A DNA stretch of 64,000 nt. It comes from an uncultured Actinomycetota bacterium (GTDB lineage: Bacteria > Actinomycetota > Actinomycetes > Mycobacteriales > Jatrophihabitantaceae). The position numbers and the translations under genes are program-made. The notes beneath the pieces are model-generated. The model was given only the letters and a program-made list of their open reading frames with translations, was not told the DNA's origin and searched no databases. Position 1 is the first letter of the stretch; every line of letters starts with the position of its first letter. Shown here piece after piece: positions 41,160 to 55,810 of the stretch. The stretch covers positions 1,338,155 to 1,402,154 of the forward strand of contig CAWCPK010000001.1 of NCBI GenBank assembly GCA_963797455.1, in the 5' to 3' direction.

Positions 41160-42393
41160 GCGCGTGATCTCCGAGTCCCGACTGGCCGCGGTCCTGAGCC
41201 GGCTGCCCGGCGTTCCACGCGTCGTGGCGAGCGGCAATTTCGCCACGCCGGCCCGCGCACTTGCGGTGCTCGACGCGGCGGTGGCCGAGTACCGGCTGTT
41301 CATGATGAACGCCCAGCCCGGCATCCCCGACCGGGACGGGGTGAGCCTGGAGAGTCCGTTCGTCGGCCCCGGCATGCGCGGCAAGCCGGGACTGCGCTAC
41401 TTCCCCTGCCGGCTGTCACTGGTGCCTAGCCTGCTGAAGGAGACGCTGCCGCCGGACGTCGTCCTCGTGCACACGTCCGCACCCCGCGACGGCACGGTGT
41501 CGCTCGGCGCCGAGGTGAACGTCCTGCCAGCGGCGATCGAGGCGGTCCGCAGCCGGGGTGGTCTGGTCATGGCGCAGCTCAACCCGCAGATGCCCTACAC
41601 CTACGGCGACGGCGTGTTCCACCTGGACGAGATCGACTACGCGATCGAGGTGGACGAGCCGCTGCCGACGCCGCAGCCGCGTGCGCGAGACGAGATCGCC
41701 GAACAGATCGGCGGGCAGGTGGCGCGGCTCGTCGACGACGGCGCCACGCTGCAGCTCGGCATCGGCGCGGTGCCGGACGCCGCGCTCTCGGCACTGACCG
41801 GCCGGCGCTGTCTGCGGGTCTGGTCGGAGATGTTCAGCGACGGCGTGCTGGGCCTGCGGCGTGCCGGCGCGCTGGATCCGGACGCGCCGATCATGGCGTC
41901 CTTCGTGTTCGGCAGTTCCGAGCTCTACGACTGGGTCGACGACAACCCCTCGGTGCGGCTGCTGCGTACCGAGAAGACCAACGACCCGGGGCTGATCGCC
42001 AAGCAGACCCGGCTGACGTCGATCAACAGCGCGCTCCAGGTCGACCTGTACGGGCAGGCGAACGCCAGCCGGGCGCACGGCATGATCTACTCCGGCTTCG
42101 GCGGGCAGACCGACTTCGTCGTCGGCGCCCTACACTCGGTCGACGGCAAGGCGATCATCGCGCTGCCGTCCTGGCACGCGAAGACGGATACGTCGACGGT
42201 GGTGCCGTGCCTCGCCGGCCCGGTCACCTCGTTCCAGCACAGCTTCATCGTCAGTGAGAACGGCGTGGCGGCGATCTGGGGGCAGGACTCCACCGCCCAG
42301 GCGCAGCAGATCATCGACCACGTCGCGCATCCCCGAGTCCGCGCCGAGCTGCGCGCGGCCGGGAGCGAGCTGGGTCTCCAGGTGCTCGGTTGA
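41160..42393 (+). CDS. acetyl-CoA hydrolase/transferase family protein (4-hydroxybutyrate CoA-transferase-like)
   Basis: Family III CoA-transferase-like sequence; start among ATG ATG...ATG at 41148-41160. Confidence 0.8.
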
Positions 42394-42516
42394 CCCGAAG
42401 TCCGATTACGTCGACTTCTACTGGGTCTCCGACCCCGGCGCGCGTCACTCACGCAACCTCGCCGAACGGTCGCAGGTCAGCATGGTGATCTTCGACGCCC
42501 GGGCTGGCCGATCAGG

Positions 42517-42876
42517 TCAGTCCACGCAGAGACAGAACGGATGGCCGGCCGGGTCGAGGAAGACCCGGAAGGTGCTGCCCGGCTGGGAGTCCGCCTTGGT
42601 GGCGCCCAGCCCGATCACCGCTGCCTCGCCCTCGTCGAGGTCGCCGACGATCACGTCGAGATGCATCTGCTGGGGCACCTTCTGGCCCGGCCACTCCGGT
42701 GCCTGGTAGCCCGCCACCTCCTGGAACGAGATGCAATCGCCGCCGTCCTCGGGGCGGATCTCGGCCCAGTCGCCGTCGATCTTCACCTGCCAGTCGAGCA
42801 GCGCGCCGTAGAAGGTCGCGAGCGCCCCGGGGTCGGGGCAGTCGATGACGAAGCCTGGAAATCGCGCAATTGCCAT
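42517..42876 (-). CDS. VOC/glyoxalase family protein
   Basis: Beta-alpha-beta-beta-beta module. Confidence 0.7.
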   Translation of the reverse strand: MAIARFPGFVIDCPDPGALATFYGALLDWQVKIDGDWAEIRPEDGGDCISFQEVAGYQAPEWPGQKVPQQMHLDVIVGDLDEGEAAVIGLGATKADSQPGSTFRVFLDPAGHPFCLCVD

Positions 42877-42915
42877 GTCGGCACGCTACAACCGGGCCCC
42901 TCCTTCGAGCGCGAG

Positions 42916-43098
42916 CGAGGTCTGCTGCGTACCCCCGGTAGCCGGCCGGATTCGAACCGCGTCGGTTCGAGCGAGGTCTTCCGCGTACCCCCGGTAGCCG
43001 GCCGGATTCGAACCGCGTCGGTTCGAGCGAGGTCTTCCGCGTACCCCCGGTAGCCGGCCGGATTCGAACCGCGTCGGTTCGAGCGAGGGTCTTCCGCG
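42916..43098 (-). repeat. three tandem ~56-57-bp partial copies of the tRNA 3' end (acceptor 3' strand + T-loop-like GGATTCGAACC)
   Basis: Direct repeats of GCGTACCCCCGGTAGCCGGCCGGATTCGAACCGCGTCGGTTCGAGCGAGGTCTTCC immediately 3' of the tRNA. Confidence 0.85.
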
Positions 43099-43171
43099 TA
43101 CCCCCGGTCGGATTCGAACCGACACTGGGACCCTTTTAAGGGGTCTGCCTCTGCCATTGGGCTACGGGGGC
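43099..43171 (-). tRNA. tRNA (73 nt, no encoded CCA); hand-fold gives anticodon loop CUUAAAA, i.e. anticodon UAA on a class-I scaffold; identity uncertain
   Basis: Minus-strand sequence GCCCCCGTAGCCCAATGGCAGAGGCAGACCCCTTAAAAGGGTCCCAGTGTCGGTTCGAATCCGACCGGGGGTA; 7-bp acceptor stem, canonical T-arm GTCGG-TTCGAAT-CCGAC. Confidence 0.7.
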
Positions 43172-43223
43172 GCTGGGTTGGGCGGCTGGGCGACTCCATT
43201 GTGCCGCTGCAAGACTCCTAGCC

Positions 43224-43619
43224 ATGGCAACGTGGTCCGCGCCGGTCCGTTATGGCGAAGTCGATCAGCAGGGCGTCGTGTTCAACTCGCACTACCTGCT
43301 CTACTGCGACGAGGCGATGGGCGCATTCTGCGAGCAGCGCGGCATGCGCGAGTTCGTGGCGCTCGTCCGGCTCGTCTCGTCGACCTTGACGTGGGCCGGC
43401 CCGGCCCGCTGGGGCGACGTCATCGAGGTGGACGTCCGGTGCGCGAAGGTCGGGCGGACCGGTGCGGCCCTGGCCTTCGACCTGCGCGCCGGCGGCCGGC
43501 CGTGCTGCACCGTCGAGACCACCTACGTCTACGCCGACGAGGCCGGCGCGCCGGTGCCGATCCCCGACGACGTCCGCGGGCGGCTTACCGCAGACCGGCC
43601 AGCGCTGCGGCGCGACTGA
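43224..43619 (+). CDS. acyl-CoA thioesterase (hotdog fold, YbgC/4HBT-like)
   Basis: Hotdog-fold thioesterase family sequence. Confidence 0.7.
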   Translation: MATWSAPVRYGEVDQQGVVFNSHYLLYCDEAMGAFCEQRGMREFVALVRLVSSTLTWAGPARWGDVIEVDVRCAKVGRTGAALAFDLRAGGRPCCTVETTYVYADEAGAPVPIPDDVRGRLTADRPALRRD

Positions 43620-44367
43620 GCACCGCGTCGAGCATCGGCTCGGTGAGCCGGCCGGTGAAGGTGTTCTGCTGGCTCACGTGATAGCAGCCGAGGACGGTCC
43701 GGCCGTCGACCTCGGCTTCCACCCCGTGCGCGAACTGCGGCGGGCGCACCGGCACCGGGACATCGGCGAGCCGCAGGGTCGGCCACAGCGCCGCCCAGCC
43801 GAACCCGCCGAGGACGACGACCACGCGCAGCCCCGGCCAGACCAGCTGCAGTTCGCGCACGAGCCATGGCCGGCATGCGTCGCGCTCGTCCGGAGCCGGC
43901 TTGTTCGCCGGCGGCGCGCAGTGCACCGGTGCGGTGACGCGGACCCCGGTGAGCTGCAGCCCGTCGCCGGCCGACACCGAGGTCGGCTGGTTCGCGAGCC
44001 CGACACGGTGCAGCGACGCGTAGAGCCAGTCGCCGCTGCGATCGCCGGTGAACATCCGGCCCGTGCGGTTGGCACCGTGGGCGGCGGGCGCGAGGCCCAG
44101 GACGAGGATGCGCGGCGCGGGCACCCCGAAGCCCGGGATCGGCCGGCCCCAGTACGGCTCGTCGGCGAAGGCGCGCCGCTTGTCGAGCGCCACCTGCTCG
44201 CGCCAGTCGACGAGCCGCGGGCAGGCGCGACACACGCTCACCCGTGCGGCGAGCTCGTCCATCGTGGCGACCTGCGCGAGCTCGGCGACGTCGGTGGCCG
44301 AGCCGGCGACCGGTGTCCGGGCCGTCGCGCGGTCACCGGGCCAGCCGGAGCCAGGACGCGCTGTCAC
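43585..44367 (-). CDS. uracil-DNA glycosylase, family 4/5-like
   Basis: CRACPRL 4Fe-4S motif, [19 protein letters not shown]; start may be the internal ATG (MDEL). Confidence 0.8.
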   Translation of the reverse strand: MTARPGSGWPGDRATARTPVAGSATDVAELAQVATMDELAARVSVCRACPRLVDWREQVALDKRRAFADEPYWGRPIPGFGVPAPRILVLGLAPAAHGANRTGRMFTGDRSGDWLYASLHRVGLANQPTSVSAGDGLQLTGVRVTAPVHCAPPANKPAPDERDACRPWLVRELQLVWPGLRVVVVLGGFGWAALWPTLRLADVPVPVRPPQFAHGVEAEVDGRTVLGCYHVSQQNTFTGRLTEPMLDAVLSRAAALAGLR

Positions 44368-44441
44368 GCCCGACAGCTTCGCAGGGAACGCGACTGCGGA
44401 CCTGGGTAGGGTCGACTCGACCGCGACGAACGGGAGTGGCG

Positions 44442-44765
44442 ATGGCTGTGGGTGCGAAGATCGGCTTGAAGATGATGAGCGTCGTCATCGGGATCCCCGT
44501 CGGCATCGTGACCAAGAAGGCGGTGGAGCGGACGTGGCGCGCAGCGCGGCCCGAGGACCCGCCGCGCAAGCCGTCCGAGCCAGAGGTCCGCTGGGCGGAT
44601 GCGCTCGGCTGGGCGGCACTATCCGCGGTCGGCATCGTCATCGCCGAGCTCGTGACCCGGCGCAGCGCCGAGGCGGCGTACCACGCGATCACCGGCAGCC
44701 AGCCGCCACCGCCGAAGCCCAGCAAGGACGCCAAGAAGCTCGCGAAGGCGTCCGCCGGCGCCTGA
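44442..44765 (+). CDS. DUF4235-like small membrane-associated protein
   Basis: [26 protein letters not shown]. Confidence 0.55.
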   Translation: MAVGAKIGLKMMSVVIGIPVGIVTKKAVERTWRAARPEDPPRKPSEPEVRWADALGWAALSAVGIVIAELVTRRSAEAAYHAITGSQPPPPKPSKDAKKLAKASAGA

Positions 44766-44780
44766 CCAGCGAACCGCCGG

Positions 44781-44889
44781 CGATCTTGTGCGGCCCGCTG
44801 CGCCTGAACGGTGGATGGCGCACAAGATCAATCTGAGCGCGTGATCTTGTGCGGCCCGCTGCGCCCAGGAGCAGCCTCACGCACAAGAT
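44781..44889. repeat. two tandem copies of a ~48-bp palindromic element GATCTTGTGCGG-N25-CGCACAAGATC
   Basis: Copies at 44781-44828 and 44842-44889; related copies at 5055-5102 and (degenerate) 16855-16915. Confidence 0.85.
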
Positions 44890-45064
44890 CGTCAGCTCGG
44901 TCACGATCCGAGACGCCGAGAGGTGCGAGCCGCTCGGCCACGACTCGCAGCACGCGCGGGTCGGTGCCCATGCCGGTGTGGCTCGTGGGAACCTCGACGA
45001 GACCGGGCACCGGGATGACCGGCACGAGATCAGTGGGCGCGGGCTGTGTGACCCGGCTGCCGAA

Positions 45065-45985
45065 CTAGGCGAGGCTGAGCGCGATGCCGTCGAGGATGTC
45101 GTGCTCGCTCGCGATCACGGTGTCGACGCCGGCCTCCTCGACCAGGGTGCGCAGCACGAGCGCTCCCCCGCCGATGACGTCCACCCGACCCGGGTGCATC
45201 GCCGGCAGCGCGGCGCGCTCGGCGTGCGTCATGCGCAGCAGCCGATCGGTGACCTCGTCGACCCGGCGAGCGCTGATCGGCAAGCCGTGGATGACGTCCG
45301 CGTCGTAGTGGTCGAGGCCGTGCGCGATGGCCGCGATTGTCGTCACCGTGCCGGCCACTCCGACGAACGTCGCCGTCTCGTGCAGCGGGACGTCGTGGCG
45401 GGCACGCGCGACCGCGGCGCGCACGTCGGCGACCGTCGCGTCGATCTGCCCCGGCGTCGGCGGGTCGGCGCGCAGGTGCCGTTCGGTCATCCGGACGCAG
45501 CCGACGTCCATGCTCCGTGCGCGCAACCCGCCATCGCCGTTGGGTGCGCCGAGGACGAGTTCGGTCGAGCCGCCGCCGATGTCCACGACCAGCATCGGCG
45601 CGGGCGCATCGGGCAGCACGTTCGCAGCGCCGGCGAACGTCAGCGCGGCCTCCTGGTCGCCCGTGATCACGTCGGGTTCCGCGCCGAGTTCGGCGCGCAC
45701 CATCGCGACGAAATCGGCGCGGTTGACGGCGTCCCGCGTGGCGCTGGTCGCCACCATCCGCACCCGCTCGGCACCGTGCTCACGGATCGTCGCTGCGTAA
45801 TCCGACAGCGCCATACGCGTCCGCTCGATCGCGTCAGGTGCAAGACGCCCGGTGCGATCGACACCCTGGCCGAGCCGCACGATGCGCATCTCGCGCACCA
45901 CGTCGGTGAGCCGGGCGCCGTCCGCGTCCGCGATCAGCAGCCGGATCGAGTTCGTCCCGCAATCAATGCCGGCAACGCGCGTCAT
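45065..45985 (-). CDS. ppx: Ppx/GppA family exopolyphosphatase
   Basis: GIDCGTNS actin-like ATPase start; DIGGGSTE. Confidence 0.8.
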   Translation of the reverse strand: MTRVAGIDCGTNSIRLLIADADGARLTDVVREMRIVRLGQGVDRTGRLAPDAIERTRMALSDYAATIREHGAERVRMVATSATRDAVNRADFVAMVRAELGAEPDVITGDQEAALTFAGAANVLPDAPAPMLVVDIGGGSTELVLGAPNGDGGLRARSMDVGCVRMTERHLRADPPTPGQIDATVADVRAAVARARHDVPLHETATFVGVAGTVTTIAAIAHGLDHYDADVIHGLPISARRVDEVTDRLLRMTHAERAALPAMHPGRVDVIGGGALVLRTLVEEAGVDTVIASEHDILDGIALSLA

Positions 45986-46088
45986 GCCGCTCCCTCCCCC
46001 ACTTTGACCTCCCAATCGTCGCTTTCGACGCCTTCCAGCAGCGATTGGGAGGTCAAAGTCGCGGGGAAACGGACGAAACGGACGGGAG

Positions 46089-46571
46089 TTACACGCATGG
46101 GCCGCTCGCCCACCAGTCGGGCAGGGCGGCGAGCGCCTCGTCACCGAGCGGGTTGACGCCGGGCCCGGCAGCGAGCGCGTGCCCGACGAGCACGTGCAGG
46201 CACTTCACCCGGTTCGGCATGCCGCCCGCGCTCACCCCGGCGATCTCGGGGACGTGCCCGATCTCCTCGCGGCGGGCCAGATAGCTCTCGTGGGCCGCGC
46301 GGTACGCGGCGGCGAGCGCAGCATCGGCGCGCAGCCGCGCGGTCATCTCGCGCATCAGCCCGCTCGCCTCGAGCGTGCCCACCGCGGCCGCCGCCTTCGG
46401 GCAGGTGAGGTAGTACAGCGTCGGGAAGGGTGTGCCGTCAGCCAGCCGCGGCGAGGTCTCGATGACGTCCGGGTTGCCGCACGGGCAGCGGTGCGCGACG
46501 GCGCGGATGGCCCGCGGGGTGCGGCCGAGTTGTGCCGCAACTACCGCGCCGTCGGGCGTCCCCGCACTCAC
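46089..46571 (-). CDS. DUF501 domain protein
   Basis: Conserved actinobacterial protein in the same position as its mycobacterial counterpart. Confidence 0.65.
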   Translation of the reverse strand: MSAGTPDGAVVAAQLGRTPRAIRAVAHRCPCGNPDVIETSPRLADGTPFPTLYYLTCPKAAAAVGTLEASGLMREMTARLRADAALAAAYRAAHESYLARREEIGHVPEIAGVSAGGMPNRVKCLHVLVGHALAAGPGVNPLGDEALAALPDWWASGPCV

Positions 46572-46969
46572 TTGGCGGCGGCGCGCAGGCTGTCCATGAG
46601 CCGGGTGTTCCAGCCTGGGCCGGCGGGCTGGGTCACTGCCGAGCCGGAGGTCCGCTCGATGTCCGACGTCTGCCCCTTGTCGACGACGACGTACACGGTG
46701 TCGCCGGGCATCGCGTACTGCAGGCGGGTACGGGCCTGCTGCTGGATGTATCCGGGGTCGGACCAGCGTTGCTTCTGCTTCGTCAGGTCGGCGAGCTGCT
46801 GGCGATGGTCACGCAGCTGCTGCGCGGCCTTGTTGATCTCGTGGCGGCTGCCCAGATAGCGATTGACCGGCGCCGCGAGCAGCACGACGAGCAGCACCAC
46901 GACGCCACCGAGCGCGAGTGCGCGTCCGGTGAGGACGGGACGTGTCCCGCCGCCGCTGCCGCCGGCCAT
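46568..46969 (-). CDS. septum formation initiator family protein (FtsB/DivIC-like)
   Basis: N-terminal TM then a coiled coil; overlaps the DUF501 start. Confidence 0.65.
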   Translation of the reverse strand: MAGGSGGGTRPVLTGRALALGGVVVLLVVLLAAPVNRYLGSRHEINKAAQQLRDHRQQLADLTKQKQRWSDPGYIQQQARTRLQYAMPGDTVYVVVDKGQTSDIERTSGSAVTQPAGPGWNTRLMDSLRAAAK

Positions 46970-46977
46970 CGCGCGCC

Positions 46978-48879
<1,902 letters not shown>

Positions 48880-49299
48880 GCCATCCTCGCGCAACCCGCC
48901 GATCCGGGCGCGCAGCCGCTCGGCAACCATCAGCGCCTCGACGTCGCCGGCTTCGGGCAGGCGTGTCGTAGCGGTAAGTAGCCGCCAGCTCGCCGAGCCG
49001 CGCCCGGTTCTTCTGCTCCACGTGGGCGCCGTCCTTCGGTCATGGTGAAGCAGAACTCGCCGCTGCCTCGCCCACCGCTTGCCGCTGGCTCGCCGTCAGA
49101 TCCATCCGCCGGGCGCATCTCAGCCACACGGCCCAGCAGCGGCGACGCGCCGCAACCCGGGGATTCTCAGAGGCAACGCAGCCAACAACGCGGAGCCTTT
49201 TGATGAGTCACGCCACCCCTTGTTGCGATTTGGCTACGCAACGTTATGATGGTTGCAGTCCCAGGTGGTAGCTCCCCCCGTGCTACCAGCTGGGACCTT

Positions 49300-49932
49300 T
49301 CATTGCCCGGACGCAGCGGCCTCGCGCGCGAGCATCTCGTCGCGGTAGGACCGCGCCGTTCGGCGCAGCGCCGCCTCGGGGTCGACCCCGGCCTCCACGG
49401 CTTGCGCGACGATCGCCATCAGCCGCTCGCCGACGTCGTCGACCGAGGCGGGGCGCACGTCCAAACCGGCCCGCCGGGACCGGGCCACCAGCTTGGCCGC
49501 GAGTGCCAGGGCCGGCTGGTTGAGCGGGACGCCGTCGACGGCCGACGTCCGGCCCTTCTCGTCGACCTTCAGCTGTTCCCACGTCTCGTTGAGCTGTTCG
49601 GCGCTGCCCGCGTCGGCGCCGGCGAAGACGTGCGGGTGGCGGCGGACGAGCTTCTCGACGAGATCGTCCGCGACGTCGTCGATGCCGAACGCCTCGCCGG
49701 GCGGGAGCTCGGTGGTGATGCGCGAGTGGAACAGCACTTGCAGGAGCAGGTCGCCCAGCTCTTCGCGCAGCAGCGCGACGTCGTCGGTCTCGATGGCCTC
49801 GATGACCTCGTACGCCTCTTCCAGTAGGTAGGGCGTGAGCGACTCGTGGGTCTGCGCGGCGTCCCACGGACAGCCGCCCGGCGAGCGCAGCCGATCCATC
49901 ACCTCGACCGCGCGCTCGAGCGGGGACGCCAT
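49300..49932 (-). CDS. mazG: nucleoside triphosphate pyrophosphohydrolase MazG
   Basis: EEAYEV...ELGDLLLQV MazG motifs. Confidence 0.8.
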   Translation of the reverse strand: MASPLERAVEVMDRLRSPGGCPWDAAQTHESLTPYLLEEAYEVIEAIETDDVALLREELGDLLLQVLFHSRITTELPPGEAFGIDDVADDLVEKLVRRHPHVFAGADAGSAEQLNETWEQLKVDEKGRTSAVDGVPLNQPALALAAKLVARSRRAGLDVRPASVDDVGERLMAIVAQAVEAGVDPEAALRRTARSYRDEMLAREAAASGQ

Positions 49933-49937
49933 CTTCG

Positions 49938-50588
49938 TCAGCCGGCCGGCAGGGTCGCCAGCCCGCCCTTCGACCCCGGCTGCACGGTGAGGTAACCCGG
50001 GGTTGCGACCCCGGCGTCCAACCTCAGCTTGGACGCATCCCACTGGCCATAGCGCGCACTCACCGACACTTGCACGCCGGCCTTCTTCACGAGCGCCACG
50101 AGTTCGGATATCTGGGTGAGCTGCTTCGCCCCGATGATCGCGTATTCCAGTTCCTGGACACGCATGAAGACCGGGGCGAGCTTCGCGGAGATGCCGGATG
50201 GCGGCAGCCCTTGCCTGATGCGCTTGTCGAGTTCGCGACCCTTCAGGCTGGTCTGCAGCAGGACGCTGGCGGCCTGGTCGTGCAAGGCGGCCAGCTCCCC
50301 TTCGCTCGGGACCTTTCCGAGGTACGCCAGCGTGCGCTCGAAGACTTGCTCGTCGATGAGGTACTGGAGCACCACGGACCGGGGCGACGTAACCGTCTGT
50401 TTGTTTTGCTGAGCGTTGGCGACGACGGAGGGGGCGACTCCGGCCGGGTTGACGAAGTCATTGACGTCGGACTCGGTGATGCGCTGGCCGTCGACCGTCG
50501 CAGCCGTGCCGACGTTGGTGCGGCAGCCGGCGAGTCCCGCCATGGCGACCACCGCGGCGAGGACGGCGCCGAGCGTGCGAAGTCTCAC
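49938..50588 (-). CDS. LpqU-like lipoprotein
   Basis: Lipobox LAGC; sits where lpqU sits in mycobacteria. Confidence 0.55.
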   Translation of the reverse strand: MRLRTLGAVLAAVVAMAGLAGCRTNVGTAATVDGQRITESDVNDFVNPAGVAPSVVANAQQNKQTVTSPRSVVLQYLIDEQVFERTLAYLGKVPSEGELAALHDQAASVLLQTSLKGRELDKRIRQGLPPSGISAKLAPVFMRVQELEYAIIGAKQLTQISELVALVKKAGVQVSVSARYGQWDASKLRLDAGVATPGYLTVQPGSKGGLATLPAG

Positions 50589-50652
50589 CGCGACAGAATC
50601 TCATGCACCGACCGCGCCGATCCCATCGCCCTCTGTCTCGACATGCTGCGCA

Positions 50653-51081
50653 TCACCCGACCGTCGGATTGATCCACGGCACTTCGGGAAACCGAGCGAA
50701 GTCGGTATCGGCCGAGCAGACACCGACGCCGTTCTCGACGGCCAGCGCCGCGAGGTGCGCGTCGGTGACGAGGTTGCCCCGGAGATCGCCGTCGGCGACA
50801 AGCCGTCCGAGGATCTCCGCATGTCGAGCCCCGGGCTGTGGCATCCAGCAGTTCGGTGCTGCCAGCCAGTCGGTGACGTATGACCACGCTCGAGATGGGT
50901 CGAGTGGACGTTCGAAGGCCCGTGGATTCGTCACCACGCGCTGGAAGCCCAGCACCGATGCCCATGGCAGGCCGATGCGCCGCGGTCCGTTGAGTGCGTC
51001 CTCGAGCCAGGCATGCGCGCGATCGTGATGCGGCATCGTGGGCACGACCGCGTAGATCAGAATGTTGGCGTCGACGATCAA
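50653..51081 (-). CDS. vapC: type II toxin-antitoxin system VapC family PIN-domain toxin
   Basis: MIVDANILIYA start with the PIN acidic residues. Confidence 0.8.
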   Translation of the reverse strand: MIVDANILIYAVVPTMPHHDRAHAWLEDALNGPRRIGLPWASVLGFQRVVTNPRAFERPLDPSRAWSYVTDWLAAPNCWMPQPGARHAEILGRLVADGDLRGNLVTDAHLAALAVENGVGVCSADTDFARFPEVPWINPTVG

Positions 51082-51311
51082 CGCCAGTCCGGCCCTTCGA
51101 GCTGCTCCAGCGCCTCCGCGACGTTCGACAGGTCGATCAGCGGCTTACCGAGATCGGCTGTGCGTTGCCGAAACGGCCGCGGCGCCGGGCGCGCCTGCGT
51201 GCCCGCCCGCGCGAGTTCGTTCACCGCCTGCGACAGGCTGATGTGCCGCTCACGGCGCAGCTGCTCAGCCGCGGCGGCGACGTCGTCATCGAGACGCACC
51301 GTCGTCCGCAT
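51078..51311 (-). CDS. vapB: VapB-type antitoxin
   Basis: 77 aa, 4-nt overlap with vapC, N-terminal MRTTVRLDDD typical of RHH/AbrB-like antitoxins. Confidence 0.7.
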   Translation of the reverse strand: MRTTVRLDDDVAAAAEQLRRERHISLSQAVNELARAGTQARPAPRPFRQRTADLGKPLIDLSNVAEALEQLEGPDWR

Positions 51312-51348
51312 GGGCCGAATCTAGCATCAGTGATGCGCCAAATGCGCA

Positions 51349-54910
<3,562 letters not shown>

Positions 54911-55010
54911 GACGGGGGCCTTTCTGGGCACAGCACGAAGATCCCCACACCACGAGAGGTAGGGGGATGGTTCGATCTTACGCGCGGCTGCCGACACCAA
55001 AGTTGGCCGC

Positions 55011-55048
55011 TGTGTGAGCCGCTGTGCGAGCCGCAGTGCGGGGCGGGC
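55011..55048. repeat. 3x12-bp tandem repeat GAGCCGCTGTG(T/C) just upstream of mfd
   Basis: Direct reading. Confidence 0.6.
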
Positions 55049-55292
55049 GCAATCCCGACTGACCCGGAATTGTGGCCGAATTGCGACCGATCTACGGCAG
55101 TCGCATTGATCCGTTGATTACACAGAGTATTCATCTGCGTACGGAATGCGATTGCCGGCCGCCGCGTCTTTGCCGCCGCCAACCGCACCCGTGCTCGTAT
55201 CGCGCGACGCAGTCAGGTGGCGTACGGTGGTCGCAAACGGGAGTTTCACAATTCCCGGCATCGGGGGATTACGCGCAAATCGGGGGATTAGC

Positions 55293-55709
55293 GTGCCGCA
55301 GCAGGCGCGGCTGCAGTACCGGTCACGAGCGCACGTCGCTCGGGCCGTTTTCGCATGCCTTTGCGCGATTGCCGTGATACTCGTCGGATCGCCGGGCATC
55401 GCCGGCGCAGCGTCGGCACCGTATCCGCCGGTTGCGCCCTGCCTGCCGACGGTGACCACCGGGTCGAGCTCTTCCTGCTCGGTTGCGCCGCCGACGGCCG
55501 GTCGATCGGGAACCCCGTCGCGCAGCGAAACCGCCGCCCCGCCGAGCCACGGCAGCTCATCGACCCCGCCGGACCGGGGCGGAAAGACCGAACAATCCAA
55601 CAGCGACACGACTCTGGGCACACCGGTCGCAATGTCGATCGGAATCGCAATCGGGCTGTTGATCCTGGGCTTCGCCGCCGTATGGCTGCTGACCAGGAGA
55701 TCGTCGTGA
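55293..55709 (+). CDS. small secreted Ser/Thr/Pro-rich protein with C-terminal TM + basic tail
   Basis: Signal peptide, ASAPYPP motif, C-terminal hydrophobic segment + TRRSS; preceded by ATCGGGGGATTA x2. Confidence 0.45.
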   Translation: MPQQARLQYRSRAHVARAVFACLCAIAVILVGSPGIAGAASAPYPPVAPCLPTVTTGSSSSCSVAPPTAGRSGTPSRSETAAPPSHGSSSTPPDRGGKTEQSNSDTTLGTPVAMSIGIAIGLLILGFAAVWLLTRRSS

Positions 55710-55810
55710 CCGGCCGCCCTATCGTCGGCGCGCCGAGTGGCGTAGGCTGCGGGATATCTATCGGGGGTTCTGCGCGGAAGGATCGCGCAGAAATCGGGGG
55801 AGTGTGCGTA

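Noticed and set aside
43099-43171. Calling the tRNA outright as tRNA-Leu(UAA) or tRNA-Phe
   Set aside because: Hand-folding gives a class-I scaffold with anticodon UAA, which is inconsistent with bacterial tRNA-Leu. It is one base away from tRNA-Phe, and the assembly shows errors elsewhere. Identity left open.
42783-43199. ORFs translating the tRNA-derived tandem repeats (repeated GYAEDLARTDAVRIRPATGGT)
   Set aside because: Periodic peptide is simply the translation of the 56-bp DNA repeat and of the tRNA gene; not coding.
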